Shown here piece after piece: positions 1-14,392 of a stretch of 64,000 nt of DNA; within the stretch, counting starts at the first letter, position 1; the number at the start of each line of letters is the position of its first letter. The DNA lies in the NCBI RefSeq assembly GCF_009914755.1, contig NC_060938.1. The stretch is one strand, 5' to 3'. The translations under genes were made by a program, and so were the position numbers. Below the pieces are notes generated by a model. It was given only the letters and a program-made list of their open reading frames with translations. It made no database searches and was not told the origin of the DNA. This DNA is from the human T2T-CHM13v2.0 reference genome, Homo sapiens.

Positions 1-2109
1 TTGTTTTTCCTTTTTAATGGGATTTTCAGAAGTTTTCAGAAGTAATTTTGTTTCTCCTTTTTAATGGGATTACATTTGCAAAAGAAGTTTGTGTTCATAT
101 ATGTGCGAGTGCATGCATGCCCCTTTATTATAATACCTTTATGATGGCATCGAGGCAATTTATTTTTAGAAAATAGCATTCACACATACCTAAAAATCTG
201 GTTCATAAACCTTAATAGAGTTTCGTTAAAGTTAACGGTTTGTCTTAGTCTGTTTAATGTTCAAAGAGAAGAAAACACCCAAAAGTGGAGTGAATTGCTG
301 AAGTTTCTTGTGTACACTTATTAGGACATATTCCTGCTATATGATGAGCTATCATCAGAAAACAGTCAGCAGAAGCCAGGTCATGTGGGCTGGTGAGGAA
401 AGGAAATGGGTGTAGAGCAAGACGTTCCTGTGTTTCTAGCGGATTGAGAAAAATGCCTGCCTTTTGATTTTCTTTTTCCTCTGGGGTTTTACTTATATAT
501 CAAGGAGTAAAAAAAGAAATCCCTCATTTATCTAGGTGCTTTTAAAGAATAAATGTGGAAATGCAAGTAAAGTACCTGGTGTACATCCTAGGCATTCCAA
601 AAATAGTGGCGTTCTGGCTAATCCGAAGAGATTAGATGAGAAGTCCATAGTGATGATTCAGGTTTCTTTCATGTTTTATATATTAGCTGGCCTTTTTGTT
701 TTTCTTATTCTTTATCTTGCAACAGGCATTCGCTTATTTCGGCTTTTAATTTCTAACATAAACTCAACTCTGAAACCCATGCCTTCTAATTGTTGACCAC
801 AGATACCCTTGAAATTTGCGCGACCGCCCACAGTGGGATGGTATTAAAACATTCTGATCTAGATTTGGGCAGAGGATGAATAAAATGGAAATGAGGCTTA
901 TGCAAATTAGCTTCCCATTTGTTTGAAGATGGTCGAGGGCAGCAGCAGTCCTTGAGTCTTCCAGATTTTAGAACAGAGCAAGCAGTGCTCTGAATGACAA
1001 GCCCTTGGCTTCACGTGGCTCATAACAGGATACCACTTACCCCCAGAGAAGACTGACCTCTATATTTAGTGGTCAAAGAAAGGAAAAGAATTGTTGGATG
1101 CTACCATTGAGTCCTAGTTCAAACAGTTTAGAAAACTACCACATCTCCACTTCTTGGAGCAATATGGCGGTTGTTCCCTTCCCCTAGGTTCACAGCCTGA
1201 GTCTTCATGGGCCTTCATAGCACAAGTAAAAGAATATTAATGTTAGAAGTTGACTCCAGAATGGAGACTTCCATTTTCTTCTGGAATAAAAGATTAAATT
1301 ATCTCTATAAAGTAGTAACATTATATACATTCTTACAAAGTTTGTTTTACAGTATTATTTTAAATTTATAGAAATGGATTGTATATAATGAAATTATTTA
1401 TTTTTATTCAGGGAAAATGTGTATTTATTTATGGGGCTTATGAGATTGGTGCCCCAAAGTTCTTGACCCACGTTTCATTTGAGTAAAGCTTGGTGTAAGG
1501 TTTGGAATCATTTTGTAGTGTTATTTCTTAAGATCTTTCCACCCACAGTTAGGACATGTGACACATGTGATTCTATGTCATTTCATTTCAACTTGGGTCT
1601 TACTTAGCCTTTGAAAGGATGAAATCCTGACTCTGGTTGACAGCTGTGTCTGTAAACATGAATGCAGTTTGGTATTAACTTTTATCTTTCCATACAGTGA
1701 GGGGCATGGAACAGTACCACTAACAATGGGAGGTGCTTACATAATGTTAACTACCACTCTACAATCTGTGTGATATAGGAGGTTGAATCCATATGTAGAT
1801 CCTGCTCTTAGATCCTGTAGATTGATGGTAAAGCAAAAACAAATGGAGCGTTGATAGAATTCTGTTGAGTAGCCATATGAGCATTATTCTGATACGTATG
1901 AAATACAACCTTGTGATTATATGATATATGTGTTTGTATATGCATGCAGGGTGTAGTTGTGGTTTGTTTCAATTTAGGAACCTCTGTGAAAGTGACGGAA
2001 AGCTTGAATGGAGACCCTAAGGAAGAGGTAGAAATTACTTGTTCAATAACTCTTAGAGGTCTTTTTCAATACTACTAATTGATTGTGATTTGTACTTAGT
2101 GTTTGTTTG

Positions 2110-2345
2110 AGGCATTGTGGCAAAGTGGTCAAGAAGTCTAGAATTAGGCCAGTCAGAGTTTAAATCCTAGCATTTATTAGCATAGATTTTGGGTGCATTA
2201 TTTATCCTCTCTGGGATCAGTTTCTTCATCTGTGTAATGGGAGTAACTGGAGCATCGACCTTATAATCCTACTGTGTGAATTAAATGAAGACATCTCAAA
2301 TAAGGTGCCTGGTACGTAGTTAGGCACTCAGTAAACCATAGCTAT
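2110..2345 (+). mobile_element. MIR SINE
   Basis: MIR core-like text: cctctctgggatcagtttcttcatctgtgtaatggg ... aaggtgcctggtacgtagttaggcactcagtaaa. Confidence 0.7.
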
Positions 2346-3516
2346 TGCCATTATAATCATTACTATAATATGTATAATGGGAATAATAATTAGTCTATCT
2401 TATGGACTAATATAGTCCTTGTATGGATTACATATCTAGCTGTTTTTATTATTAATTTAGGATGACAGCACCTAATTTTGAGTGTTGTTAAGTAGCGGCT
2501 AGCAGAAAGGACCTCATTTTATAAGATTCTGTGTAGGTTGGAGATATATACATATATATCCAACTATATATATATATAGTTTTTACTATATATTTCTATA
2601 ATTTTCTGCCTCATTGTTTGATTTCACAGCTCTGGAGGTTAAAGCTAAGCTACCTCTCCACTCTCCTGTCCCTGCCCTTATCTAAAATAGAAAGCCATCT
2701 GAAAGAAAAGAACCTAGGGAAAATTCCCATGTGAGAAATGAAATTGTCCTTGTGAAGGGTTAGGACTCTAGGAACTGTGTGCAGAAAATCGTTGAAAGAT
2801 AATCTTTATAGGATGCTGAAAATTACTGGCAGGGATCAACTCTGAAGGTTAAATTGTCTCTGCCAGTGCCTCTAACAGGAAATACAAGGGAGATTTATTT
2901 ATTTATAATGTCCACCTTCATTTTGTATACTGTGTTGTAATACTTAGAGAAATAAAGGTAATGGAAAAGAATAGGTAAAGTACATTCATTTTGTTAAATC
3001 AGAAATTCAACAAACAGTCTTAACCCATTCAGAAGCCTTGCAGCTGGTGTGCTGAAGTGGCCAGATTTTTCCTAGTTGTAGTTGTCAAGGAGTTAATCCA
3101 TTGAGCAACTGATGAGCACTCTGTCCCATGAACAGAATTCAAATGTGGATTAAAGCAATGAATTTTAGGAACAGAACGCTCCTATTTTGGCAACAGTTAC
3201 TTGAGCCCCAAGTACTTCCAGAATTAAGCAGTAGATGCTGTGGAGAGACGCTCCTAGCACAGCCCTGGACTCCTACAGGATAAAGTCAGGATCAGAGCTC
3301 CTGGTCCGCTTAAAGAATATTCCCTCAAGGCATTGTGCACGGAAGGAGATATAATTTACTTTACATAACGTGGAGTGCTGCATGTTGATTGCCATGCCCT
3401 AGAAAGAGCAGAGGCAGAAGCCTCCTGAAAATCAGGCAGAAGGAAGAGAAAATGGGCTCTTCTTAAACTAATCAGAATCTGAAAGTGGATATATGGATGT
3501 TTTAAGAATAGGTGGT

Positions 3517-3650
3517 GGCTGAATGCAAAGGTGCGCCTGTAATCCCAGCTACTTGGGGGCCTGAGCTGGGAGGATCCCTTGAGCCCAGGAGTTTGAAGCC
3601 AGCCTGGGCAATGTAGCAAGACACTGTTTCTTTAAAAAAAAAAAAAAAAA
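3517..3650 (+). mobile_element. Free Alu monomer (FLAM/FAM-like)
   Basis: gcgcctgtaatcccagctact...gaggatcccttgagcccaggagtttga...cctgggcaa followed by an A-tail. Imperfect TSD aagaataggtggtg / aagactaggtagtg. Confidence 0.85.
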
Positions 3651-5619
3651 GACTAGGTAGTGATTGGCATTAGTGTTTGGATCTGCCTCTGTGGTTGCAG
3701 TAGACCGTCTTTATTCTTGCAATAGGATTTATTTATTTATCCCTCAGAGAATATGGGCTGCCTCACTTCCTCACCAGTGAGTTTGCAGGCTCAGGAAAGC
3801 TCTACAATTAAATTGCTCTATTGTTTTAACCTCTCTGTTTAAGCACTGGTGAACTAGGGCTCCTTAGCTACTTGCCTAGCAAAATGAACAAGTTGATTAA
3901 TATTTGCACAGGACTAGAAAATGCCTTTTTTGAATGAGATGGGCACATATGGCTGCATAGTATTGACTCAGGACATTGCACTTATTTCCTTGTTTAAATA
4001 ATTAGCAAAAGAAATCATATTAAAAAATGCTGAAAGGTATAAAGAGAAAAATGTGATGGCCAATCAAAGCTGTGAACGGCCTTTCTTATGCTGTGTCTTA
4101 ATTCTGTATTTCTGTAAAGCAGTAGGTATTGAATGCCTAGATGGAGTGGCTCAATACAGTCAGATTTTGAGGCTTTTCCTTAGACATTCTGCAGTTCTTT
4201 CTCCTCTTGGTGTCTTTCAGGACATGACAGTATGCCCCCCAGAGCCACAGAGGACAGACATCCTTCTCTGGGCCTCCATGCCTGCTCCTCTGCAAACAGG
4301 GCAGGTCCTGCCCGGGCTGAGCAGAGAATCGCTTCCTGTGCAGTTGCTGGCCGCCCCTGCAGATGCAGAACCCTGACACAGGGTTCTAAGTGGTACTGAA
4401 AGCTGCTTTATGAGCCTTGCAGAGGCGGTGTGCATGTGTGCAGCTGCACATCTGCGAGAATACTGGTGGGTTCAGGCAACGCTGGCCCTACCTTAGCCAA
4501 GCCTTCTGTGTGGGAGCTATATGAGGCTTTTGTACTCTTGCTTACTTTTCATTGCAAATGGGGCCGTATCCAAAAGGCATAGAGTGGGGGTGGGAGGTGG
4601 GTGGCAGGGCGGGGGGAAGGTAGAAATGATGGATAAAGATGTAAGAAGGATAAGGAGAGACCAGATGCAGTCGAGGGCTTTTGTGGCATGAGGAAAGGAT
4701 ATTTAACTTGGCACCAAGAAATGGGGTGGCATTCTAATGCTGCTCCTGACCTCCTGTGTGACCTTGAGCTCCAGTTTCCCTCTTTGTAAAATGGTGGCCC
4801 TGATGACTACCTACAAGGTTGGAGGTGGGAATAAGGGACCTAATGCATGTCCAGTCATCTGTCATCAACACTCAATAAGCCTTTTCCTTTCGTGGCCATC
4901 CATCTTCAGGTTTGACGGAAGTGAGGATCTGCCCTCAGGGTTGAAAGGTCAAGATGGTTTGCTCAAATATTTTATTTCTCTCATAAATCTCTTGCAGGTT
5001 TGGTTCATCCCAGACTATTCTTTTTCAGGGCAGTATTTATATTGTCACTGCGTTCAGGCTGCCTTCCCCATTTGATGGGGCCCAGCAGTGTTCAGTTATA
5101 CTGATAATACCAAAATTATCTTCATTTTAAAAAATGTAAACCTTTTTATTTCTGATCATTAATGTAAGGTAAGTATATTGTTGATAATTTGGAAAATCCA
5201 AAGTTAAAGGATAAAATTACTACTAATTGTAATCTCAGCACACAGAAAGAATCATGTGTGTGTGTGTATTATATGCATGTGCGTGTGTATAGAGGGCATT
5301 CTATTTGTATTGTATTTCTTTATTATTTAGGGTTGTTGATACTGTAAAATAAATGATTTTTTTTGAGAATGAAGATGGGTGAACCTTGTTTTTCTCATAT
5401 TTAACTAAATCTAAATGACAGGATATTTGGTAAAAGGAGATATAAAGCTACAAGGGCCCTTGCGGCACCTGCCATGAGGTCTGTCTAGGTGAAGAGCTGG
5501 GGAACCAAAGATGAGCAGCTGAATTTTCTGTTCTTGATGTTCTGCGGGAGTAATGATGCACCAGATGATAATGATAGAAGATATTTTGATAATTTACTTC
5601 TTTGATATTGGCTCTACAT

Positions 5620-5860
5620 GCTTTTAATTAAGTATATATATTTTTAGTTAAATATGTAAATATATTTCATTAAAAGCATATATTTTAATGAAATATATAT
5701 TTAATTAAAATATATATTATACTTAAGTGATATAAGCTATATACAGTTTTTATATAGTCAGTGTATATTTATTATATTTTATATAATCAGTGTTTATATA
5801 ATATATATAATACACATATGTATATATATTACATATTAATATAAATATGATTAATTCTAA
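5620..5860. repeat. AT-rich low-complexity tract (degenerate TA repeat)
   Basis: Nearly pure A/T with interrupted tatata runs. Confidence 0.85.
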
Positions 5861-5869
5861 CAACTCCAT

Positions 5870-6030
5870 GATTTTATCTTTATCATTTTATCTTCATTTT
5901 ACAGAAGAGGAAAAGAAGCCACAGAGAGGTTAGTGAAGTAACTTGTCCATAAGTCACACAGCAGTAAACACTGGAGTCAGGCTTCAATCCCAGAGCACTC
6001 TGGAGCCTGAGTTTTCTTACGTACTCTGCT
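5870..6030 (-). mobile_element. MIR SINE
   Basis: cattttacagaagaggaaa...agagaggttagtgaagtaacttgtccataagtcacacagc matches the MIR core in antisense. Confidence 0.75.
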
Positions 6031-6077
6031 TACTGCACTGACAATACTGATATAAGAAACAATGTTCAATCAATAAC

Positions 6078-6230
6078 ATACAGTTTCAGCTATGGAAAAT
6101 GAATAAGTTCCAGAGATTTGCTGTACAACATTGTGCCTATAGTTGAGAGTACTGTATTAAACACTTAATTTGTTAAGATGGTAGACAGCATATTAAATGT
6201 TCTTACTATAATAAAATGAACACTTAAAAA
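6078..6230 (+). mobile_element. Old L1 3' end fragment (L1MA/MB-type)
   Basis: gaataagttccagagatttgctgtacaacattgtgcctatagttg...actgtatta...ttgttaagatggtaga...aaatgttcttacta. Confidence 0.75.
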
Positions 6231-7603
6231 AGAATACTTACAATTGATGCTTTATAATCGTGATAAAACTCACTCATATTTATGTGCCAATTCTTACACA
6301 GTTTAGGAATTGAAAATACGGTATTTTGATATATATAGGTAAATATATGAAGTAAATATATATGTACACACACACACACACACACATATCTCAAAGTAAA
6401 AAGGAAAAAATAAAAAAGGTCTTTGTTTAGGTTTCTGTTTTAGCAACTGAAATTTTAACGCCATTCAGGCAAATTCTCATGGGCATGGTAGATATAGAAT
6501 CAGTTTAGTCGTGATCCTGTCATTTGTACAGTGGGGTCATGCTATTTCTCAAAGTCAGAAGAAAGAAGTTCACATACAAAAGGTTGACGTGGAAAGATAA
6601 GCTGGTTTTCATTGAGCTTAGGTGGAGCTGGTTTTCCTTTATAGACCAGTATATATTCTCCTGCTTGGCCATAGGGAAATTACATGCTATTTTATACACA
6701 ATTATATATTACTTTCTACAACCAGTATCTAACTTGATATTTAGCCCTTGGCTCTATCTAAGACAAAGGTATTGCAATTGCCCATTTTACCATCAAACGA
6801 GGAAGCTTTGTTGTACTTCGCTTTCAAAATGATCCTTGAAAACCTACACACATACACACACCAGCACTTACATTCTTTTAGTATTTCAGGAAGTGGGCAT
6901 GAGTAGGTTTGAGCCTTGAAACTGCTTTGTCATCCAGTTTGTAGCTGGCTAAGGAATGGAAAAAAAAAAAAAAAAAAGAAGAAAGCAGAGCTCATCTTGA
7001 TCATTGTAATTGGCACTGACAGCAAACACCAGTGTGCCAATAGCGCCAAAGAATTCCTACGCAAAAGCTACTTCAGCTGTCCGAGATTTTCCTGATTTGT
7101 TTTGCTTGTGCATTTGATGTATAATCTTGTGGTTTGGCCCTCCTCACCACCTAAAACAGAAAAAGCATATTCAGTTCCTAGGTCATTTTAACTGGAACTT
7201 GATCTTCAAGTTCCAACTATGTCAACAAATTAAAGGACTTGACCATGAATTTTTTTTTTTTCTAAGTGAACACTTTGCCATTCCTCAAACCCTACCGCAG
7301 GTTCAGCAGACACATGTAAGCGGCCTCTTTAGATGTGGTCACCGTTGACAGCTCAAAAGAACAAAATCAAAACCCTGAAGACTTTACATAAAAACTCATC
7401 GTTGGAAGAAGAGCTCGTATTTCAAAGATGATATTAATATGAGAATATTTTTTAACATCCTCTTTTAGCATAAATTTCTCATGATTAAAATATTACCCAC
7501 AATGCTGTATTGTCTAATCACCTGGTTAGTAAGATGTCTGGAACTTTGGCATGGTGAATGTTGAGGAAATGTTCTGGGGGACTGCTTTTATTTCAGCTTC
7601 TTT

Positions 7604-7881
<278 letters not shown>

Positions 7882-8129
7882 TAGCTTCTTCTCCTCACAT
7901 CTTGTTAAGTGAAAGACAGACGGGCCTTAATATTACTAAGAATAATAAAAATACTTCCAATTCAATAAACATTTCAGTAACTGGATGAAGGTCTTTGCTT
8001 GAATTGTCTCTCGTGGTACCCTCATCTACCCTTCAAGGCAGGTATGCTGTGTTAATGATAGTATTACTCAAATAAGACTTGGCCTTCTAGAAATTAAATG
8101 ACTTGATCCAGTTCCTATCACTAGCTCAG

Positions 8130-9728
8130 TTTTTTTTTTTTTTAATTTTTACTTTTTTTGGGTACATAGTAGGTGTATATATTTATGAGGTACATAAGAT
8201 GTTTTGATACAGGCATGCAATGTGAAATAACCACATCATGAGAATGGGGTATCCATCCTCTTAAGGATTTATCTTTTGTGTTACAAACAATCCAGTTATA
8301 CTCTTTGAGTTACTTTAAAATGTACGGTTAAGTTATTATTCATCATAGTGACCCCGTTGTGCTGTCAAATAGGTCTTATTTGTTCCTTTTATTTTTTTTC
8401 TACCCATTAACGATACTTACTTTTCCCCCACCCCAGCCCCTCAGTACCCTTCCAGCCTCTGGTAACCATCTTTCTATTCTATATGTCTATGAATTCAATT
8501 GTTTTGATTTTTAGATTTCACAAACAAATGAGAACATGTGATGTTTGTCTTTCTGTGCCTGCTTTATTTCACTTAACATAGTGATCTCCAGTTCCATTCA
8601 TGTTGGATGGGTGATAGGATCTCATTCTTTTTTGTGGCTGAATAGTGCTCCATTTTCTTTATTCATTCATCTGTTGATGGACACTTAGGTTCTTTCCAAA
8701 TCTTGGCTATTGTGAACAGTGCTGCAACAAACATGGGGATGCAGATATCTCTTTGATATACAGATGGCCAACATTTTCTTTCTTTGGGGTATATATCCAG
8801 TAATGCAATTGCTGGATTATATGGTAGCTTAATTTTTAGTATTTTGAGGAGCCTCCAAACTGTTCTCCACAGTGGTTATGGTAACCTGCATTCCCACCAG
8901 CAGGGTACAAAAGTTCCCTTTTCTCTGCATACTTGCCAGCATTTTTTATTGCCTCTCTTCTGCATATAAGGTATTTTTACTGGGGTGTGATGATATCTCA
9001 ATGTAGTTTTAATTTGCATTTCTCTATTGGTCAGTGGTGTTGAGCACCTTTTCATATGCCTGATTGCCATTTGTGTTTCTTCTTTTGAGAAATGTCTGTC
9101 CAAATCTTTTGCCCGTGTTTTGATTGGATTATTAGCTTTTTTCCTATAGTCGTTTGATCTCTTTATATCTTCTTGTTATTAAGCCCTGGTCAAATAGATA
9201 GTTTGTAAATATTTTCTCCCATTCTGTGGGTATGTCTCTTCACCTTGTGGATTGTTTCCTTTGCTGTGCAGAAGCTTTTTAACTTGTGATCCCATTTGTC
9301 CATTTTTGCTTTGGCTGCCTGTGCTTGTGGGGTATTGATCAAGAAATTTTTGCCCATACCAATGTCCTGGAGATTTTCCCCTAGGTTTTCTTATAGTAGT
9401 TTAATTCTTTGAGGTCTTAGATTTAAGTCTTTGATAGATTTTGATTTGATTTTTGTATATGGCAAGGGATACAGGTCTATTTTCACTCTTCTGCCTATGG
9501 ATATCAAGTTTTCCTGGTACCATTTATTGAAGAGACTGTCTTTTCCCCAGCATATGTTCTTGGCACTTTTGTCAAAAGTGGATGCGCTGTAGGTGAGTGG
9601 ATTCTCTATTCTGTTCCATTGGTCTCTGTGTCAGTTTTTATGCCAGTACCACGCTGTTTTGGTTACTATAGCTCTGTAGTATAATTTGAGGGTAATGTGA
9701 TTCCTCCAGTTTTGTTGTTTTTGCTCAG
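8130..9728 (-). mobile_element. 5'-truncated L1 (L1MA-type): 3' UTR and end of ORF2, degenerate
   Basis: T-tail, then gggtacatagtaggtgtatatatttatg...gatacaggcatgcaatgtg. The minus-strand ORF 8876-9103 (RHFSKEETQMA...REMQIKTTLRYH...CWWEC) is recognisably the L1 ORF2 C-terminus. Confidence 0.93.
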
Positions 9729-9769
9729 ATTTTTTTTTTTTTTAAACATAACATTATAGACCTTTTGAG

Positions 9770-9945
9770 CTCTTTGTTGTAGGATGCTGAGCTGTGCATC
9801 ATATGGGATTTTGCAGCATTCATGGTCTCTCCCCACCAAATGTCAGTAGCATCCCCAGTCAAGACTATCAAAAATGTCTCCAACATTGCCAAATTTCCTT
9901 GGGGTGGGGGCAGTGAGGCAAAACTGCCCCCTTTAGAATGACTTT
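9770..9945 (-). mobile_element. MER20-like hAT DNA transposon fossil
   Basis: gtcagtagcatccccagt...caaaaatgtctccaacattgccaaat...caaaactgccccc is the reverse complement of the MER20 5' part. Confidence 0.75.
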
Positions 9946-10248
9946 GCTAGCCGTGTGACAGAGCCTGGGAATGCCCTAGACGAATTTCCTTCCTCTTAAC
10001 CCATGTGCTGTACAATACCTGTCTTCTTGTCCCTTCTGTTTTTTCATCTGAGCATAAGAGTTTAGAACTTGAAAAGCAAATCACTAATGTCTGCTTTTTC
10101 ATCTCAATGATAGGTGAAGTGCATTGATGAATACTTCCTTTTCTCTTTGTGGGTATAGTAAATTAAATCTTGTATAGAGATCCATGTATTGTGAAGGCAG
10201 TAGTATTTGCACAGTATCATGCATATGGAGAAGGGATAGAGTAAGGAT

Positions 10249-10557
10249 ATTTATTTTATTTTATTTTTATTTTTATTTCATTTTTTTGAGACAGAGTCTC
10301 GCTCTTTCGCCCAGGCTGGAGTGCAGTGGTGCGGTCTCGGCTCACTGCAACCTCTGCCTCCCCGGTTCAAGCAATTCTCTGTCTCAGCCTCCCGATAGCT
10401 GGGACTACAGGTGCCCACCACCATGCCTGGCTAATTTTTGTATTTTTAGTAGAGATGGGGTTTCACCATATTGGTCAGGCTGGCCTCAAACTCCTGACCT
10501 CAGGTGATCCACCTACCTTGGCCTCCTGAAGTGCTGGGATTACAGGCTTGAGCCATA
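10249..10557 (-). mobile_element. AluS
   Basis: Both arms in antisense with a (TTTTA)n tail. Confidence 0.93.
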
Positions 10558-12176
10558 GCATTTTTTAAATTGCTCACCTCTCTTTCCTAATTGTGTGCTT
10601 GGGATACATGTTCACTGAGTCAGACTTCTAATCACTCTTTCCTCTGAATTTCTGTGTGGCCTTGAGTGAGTCACTAAATCATTTGTATTTCTTCTTTATC
10701 TTTTTTGGGAAAGCAAACACCATCTTCTACTGTAATACTTTTACTTTTGACTTTGGAGGGTAGCATGATAGTAACTGCAAAACTCTTTGAAAGGAATTCC
10801 AAGACATCCAATTCATTGAAAAGCAAATATAATTTTTGGAAAAAGAAAGCATTGTTCATTGGAATTAATTTTGCAGATGAATTAGTTCATTTATCAGCCA
10901 TCAATCAATATTTAAAATACGGTAAGAAGAAAGCCAGGAGGTAGTAACACAACCCCTTCCCAGGCCGTTTTCTCAGGGATAGGCCCTTTCTCAAGCCTTG
11001 GAGTCACTGAGGATTGGGTAAATACAAAACCACTGTAGAAAAACTGAATGAAAGCACGCATCAGTAGTGACTGGATGTTGGTATCATCCACTCATTTCAT
11101 AGAAGCTGAGGACACATCTTGCCCTTTTCCAGTATAGATATGTTTGAAGTACATTGTCTTGTGGGAATGCCTTTTCCCAATTAGAAATTTGGCAATGGAA
11201 AAAAAGATTTGGCCTCTGAAGTTCTGAAGATGCATAGGCAGGGGACACACCACAGCCCTGCCTCTTGCTTGAGGAAGTTACAGAGCAGGTTGTAATTAAG
11301 CACTTGAAATGTAACAGGTGAATCCTTAGGTGACTGGGAATCCCATCACCTCAACCCTGCAAAATAGCCATCAAATTGCTTTTGCCAATTAGTACATGAA
11401 ACAGCTGAAAATATAACAAATCTCCATTTATCTAGGGCGGTAGGCAACTAAATGTTTCTTCTTAACTGCTCTTGATTTATTGAGTGAAGTGAGGTGGTGT
11501 TTTGTCTGGTGAATACATAGCATTTTTACTGCTTAATAAATATTTCATGAGCTAAGCCCTGACTCTTATGGATGTGGAGAATAAAGAGGCATTATGCTTA
11601 TATAGAATGCTATATAATTTTAATATGCATTTATGTCATTGTTTTAAACACATAAACAGTCAAGAAATGAATAACTCCATGAAGTTGAAATTAACAAAGT
11701 AAATTACAAATTGACTTTAAAAGTGTCACATTATATACTTTTTTCCATAGTTGCTGATTTTACCCTGCCTGCAGTGGGTCGTTAAAACAGATGTGACAGG
11801 AAGAAAACAAAAAAAATATTTTATAAGTTTTTTTTAAGTGATAGGATAAAGTTGGTTTTCTTGTGATGGTAGAAAAGAAAATAGAAAAATAAGAAAGTGT
11901 CCCCAGAGAAAGAAGGTGGTAGCTCCCCTTTCTTCTGCTCGTTACATCCTGAAAACCACATCCTGGTTCCTCTCCTTATCTGGCAGCAATTGGGCTGCAA
12001 ATTGTGGGACACGTGGTAAATGGGAACCTCCACTCTCCTTTCTTTTTTTTATCAGGTAGATAGAACTGATAGACCATCCTGTTTGGTGGTAAATATACGT
12101 CAACTCTAAGAACAAATGGGGTCTGGAATTTGCAAAGAAGTATCACCATTACTTGCCAGGTGAAAATCTGGAATCA

Positions 12177-12521
<345 letters not shown>

Positions 12522-13439
12522 TCATACAGGATACCATGCAGAGTATAATGGAATATTTGGAGCTGGAGAACATTCTACATTGTTGGCTCCATGTGCACAG
12601 GGCTTTCTTTGTAGTCATTCTATAATATTTTCAAATTACATACATGTTTAACACAATATTTTCAAGTAATAGTTTCAAATCAGTGGATTGAAAATGTAGA
12701 AAAGATACCTTCATCTACTGTACACTAATCTCAATTCACATTTGGATATGGGTAACATTTCCTTTTCTTCTTAGGCTAAGTAATTGCCACCAGGTTATAC
12801 TGTTTTTTAAGAACATTTAGGTTAACTACAAAAGAGAAAAGGAAACAGACATTTTGCTAGATGTTTATATAATTTTCCTAGATTAACTTTTAATTTTTTT
12901 TGAAGCATGGGTTGCTTTCAAATGGTTAATTTTAGGCTTTTCCTAAAATTTTCAGATTTTCCTACAATGTCTGTGTGTCCAGTTCTGTGTGACTTTTGAA
13001 AGTCCATGAAATTAACCACTATCTCTTGCACATAATGTTCAAACTCTTTTTCTCAGACCTCACCTTCTGGCTGCAGGGCCAGTAAGGTTAATTTAGAGCA
13101 TGTCATACCTTTCACAGGGCTCTTCCTTACATATGATTGAAACTCTGTTGATTGAAAATGTGTTGAGCCCAAATCTGTGAGTGCCAGTAGGGTTTTCAAT
13201 GTCATGTACTTTCTGAGGATAAGAACCAAGGTATTGTTGGGTATTTAAAGTCTATCTCAGAGCCAATGAATAATGTTTTACAAATTCTTCACTCTTTACA
13301 ACATTGCCAACCTTCTACTGTTTCTTTTGGCTATTTAGCATTGTTCGTGTGACAGTTACCTGGGCATTTTTTTCCCCTTTAATTGAAACAATTTTATAAC
13401 TAGCTCTGAGCATTAAAGATACTTAGCATCTGATATTTA

Positions 13440-13748
<309 letters not shown>

Positions 13749-14392
13749 TTAAAATTCCTAGTCATCTTATATATTGTGGATCCCATCATATGTCTACTTA
13801 TTTAGAATATTCAGGTCCAATTATTTGTTAATAATTTGTTTTTAAATTCATTAAAATAAGTTTTGTTTAGTAATGTTAAACATACACTAAGCATATAATA
13901 TTTAACTGTTATTGCTTAAATATTAAACACTCTCAGTTAAGGGACAGGAGGAAAAAATTGTGTAGGCCTTGATCAGTATGGCTGGGAAGGCCTGGGGATT
14001 TGTGTTGTGTGTGGAATGTGTGTACACGTCTTTGAGTTTGGTTTTGTGTGAGTGAGTAAAACTTCATCAAATAGCCACTCCCAGAGATGTGTGTGTGCCG
14101 CTCCCTCATACCTGTAAGTCTCAACTCACATACCCTAGGTGCGGCTTAGCTTGACTGTGACTATTTAAACCTTGGCCCTCCACCACAAACTCTAAATCTC
14201 TCTTACCCCAGTAGGTGCTCAATAAACAGTTGAGAACTTTCTCCCTGAGCTCTGAAAGAATGAGGGTCTTTGGAGTTGTTTTAATCTCACTCATTTGCAG
14301 TTGAGAAACACATGTTTTGGTACTTTTGAATCTAAACCCGTCTCCTATTCAATTTTCCTATAATCCTCATAAAAACTAAAGTTTACTTAATG

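Noticed and set aside
8876-9103. ORF resembling the L1 ORF2 C-terminus
   Set aside because: It is a fragment of a 5'-truncated, degenerate L1 and cannot be an active element.
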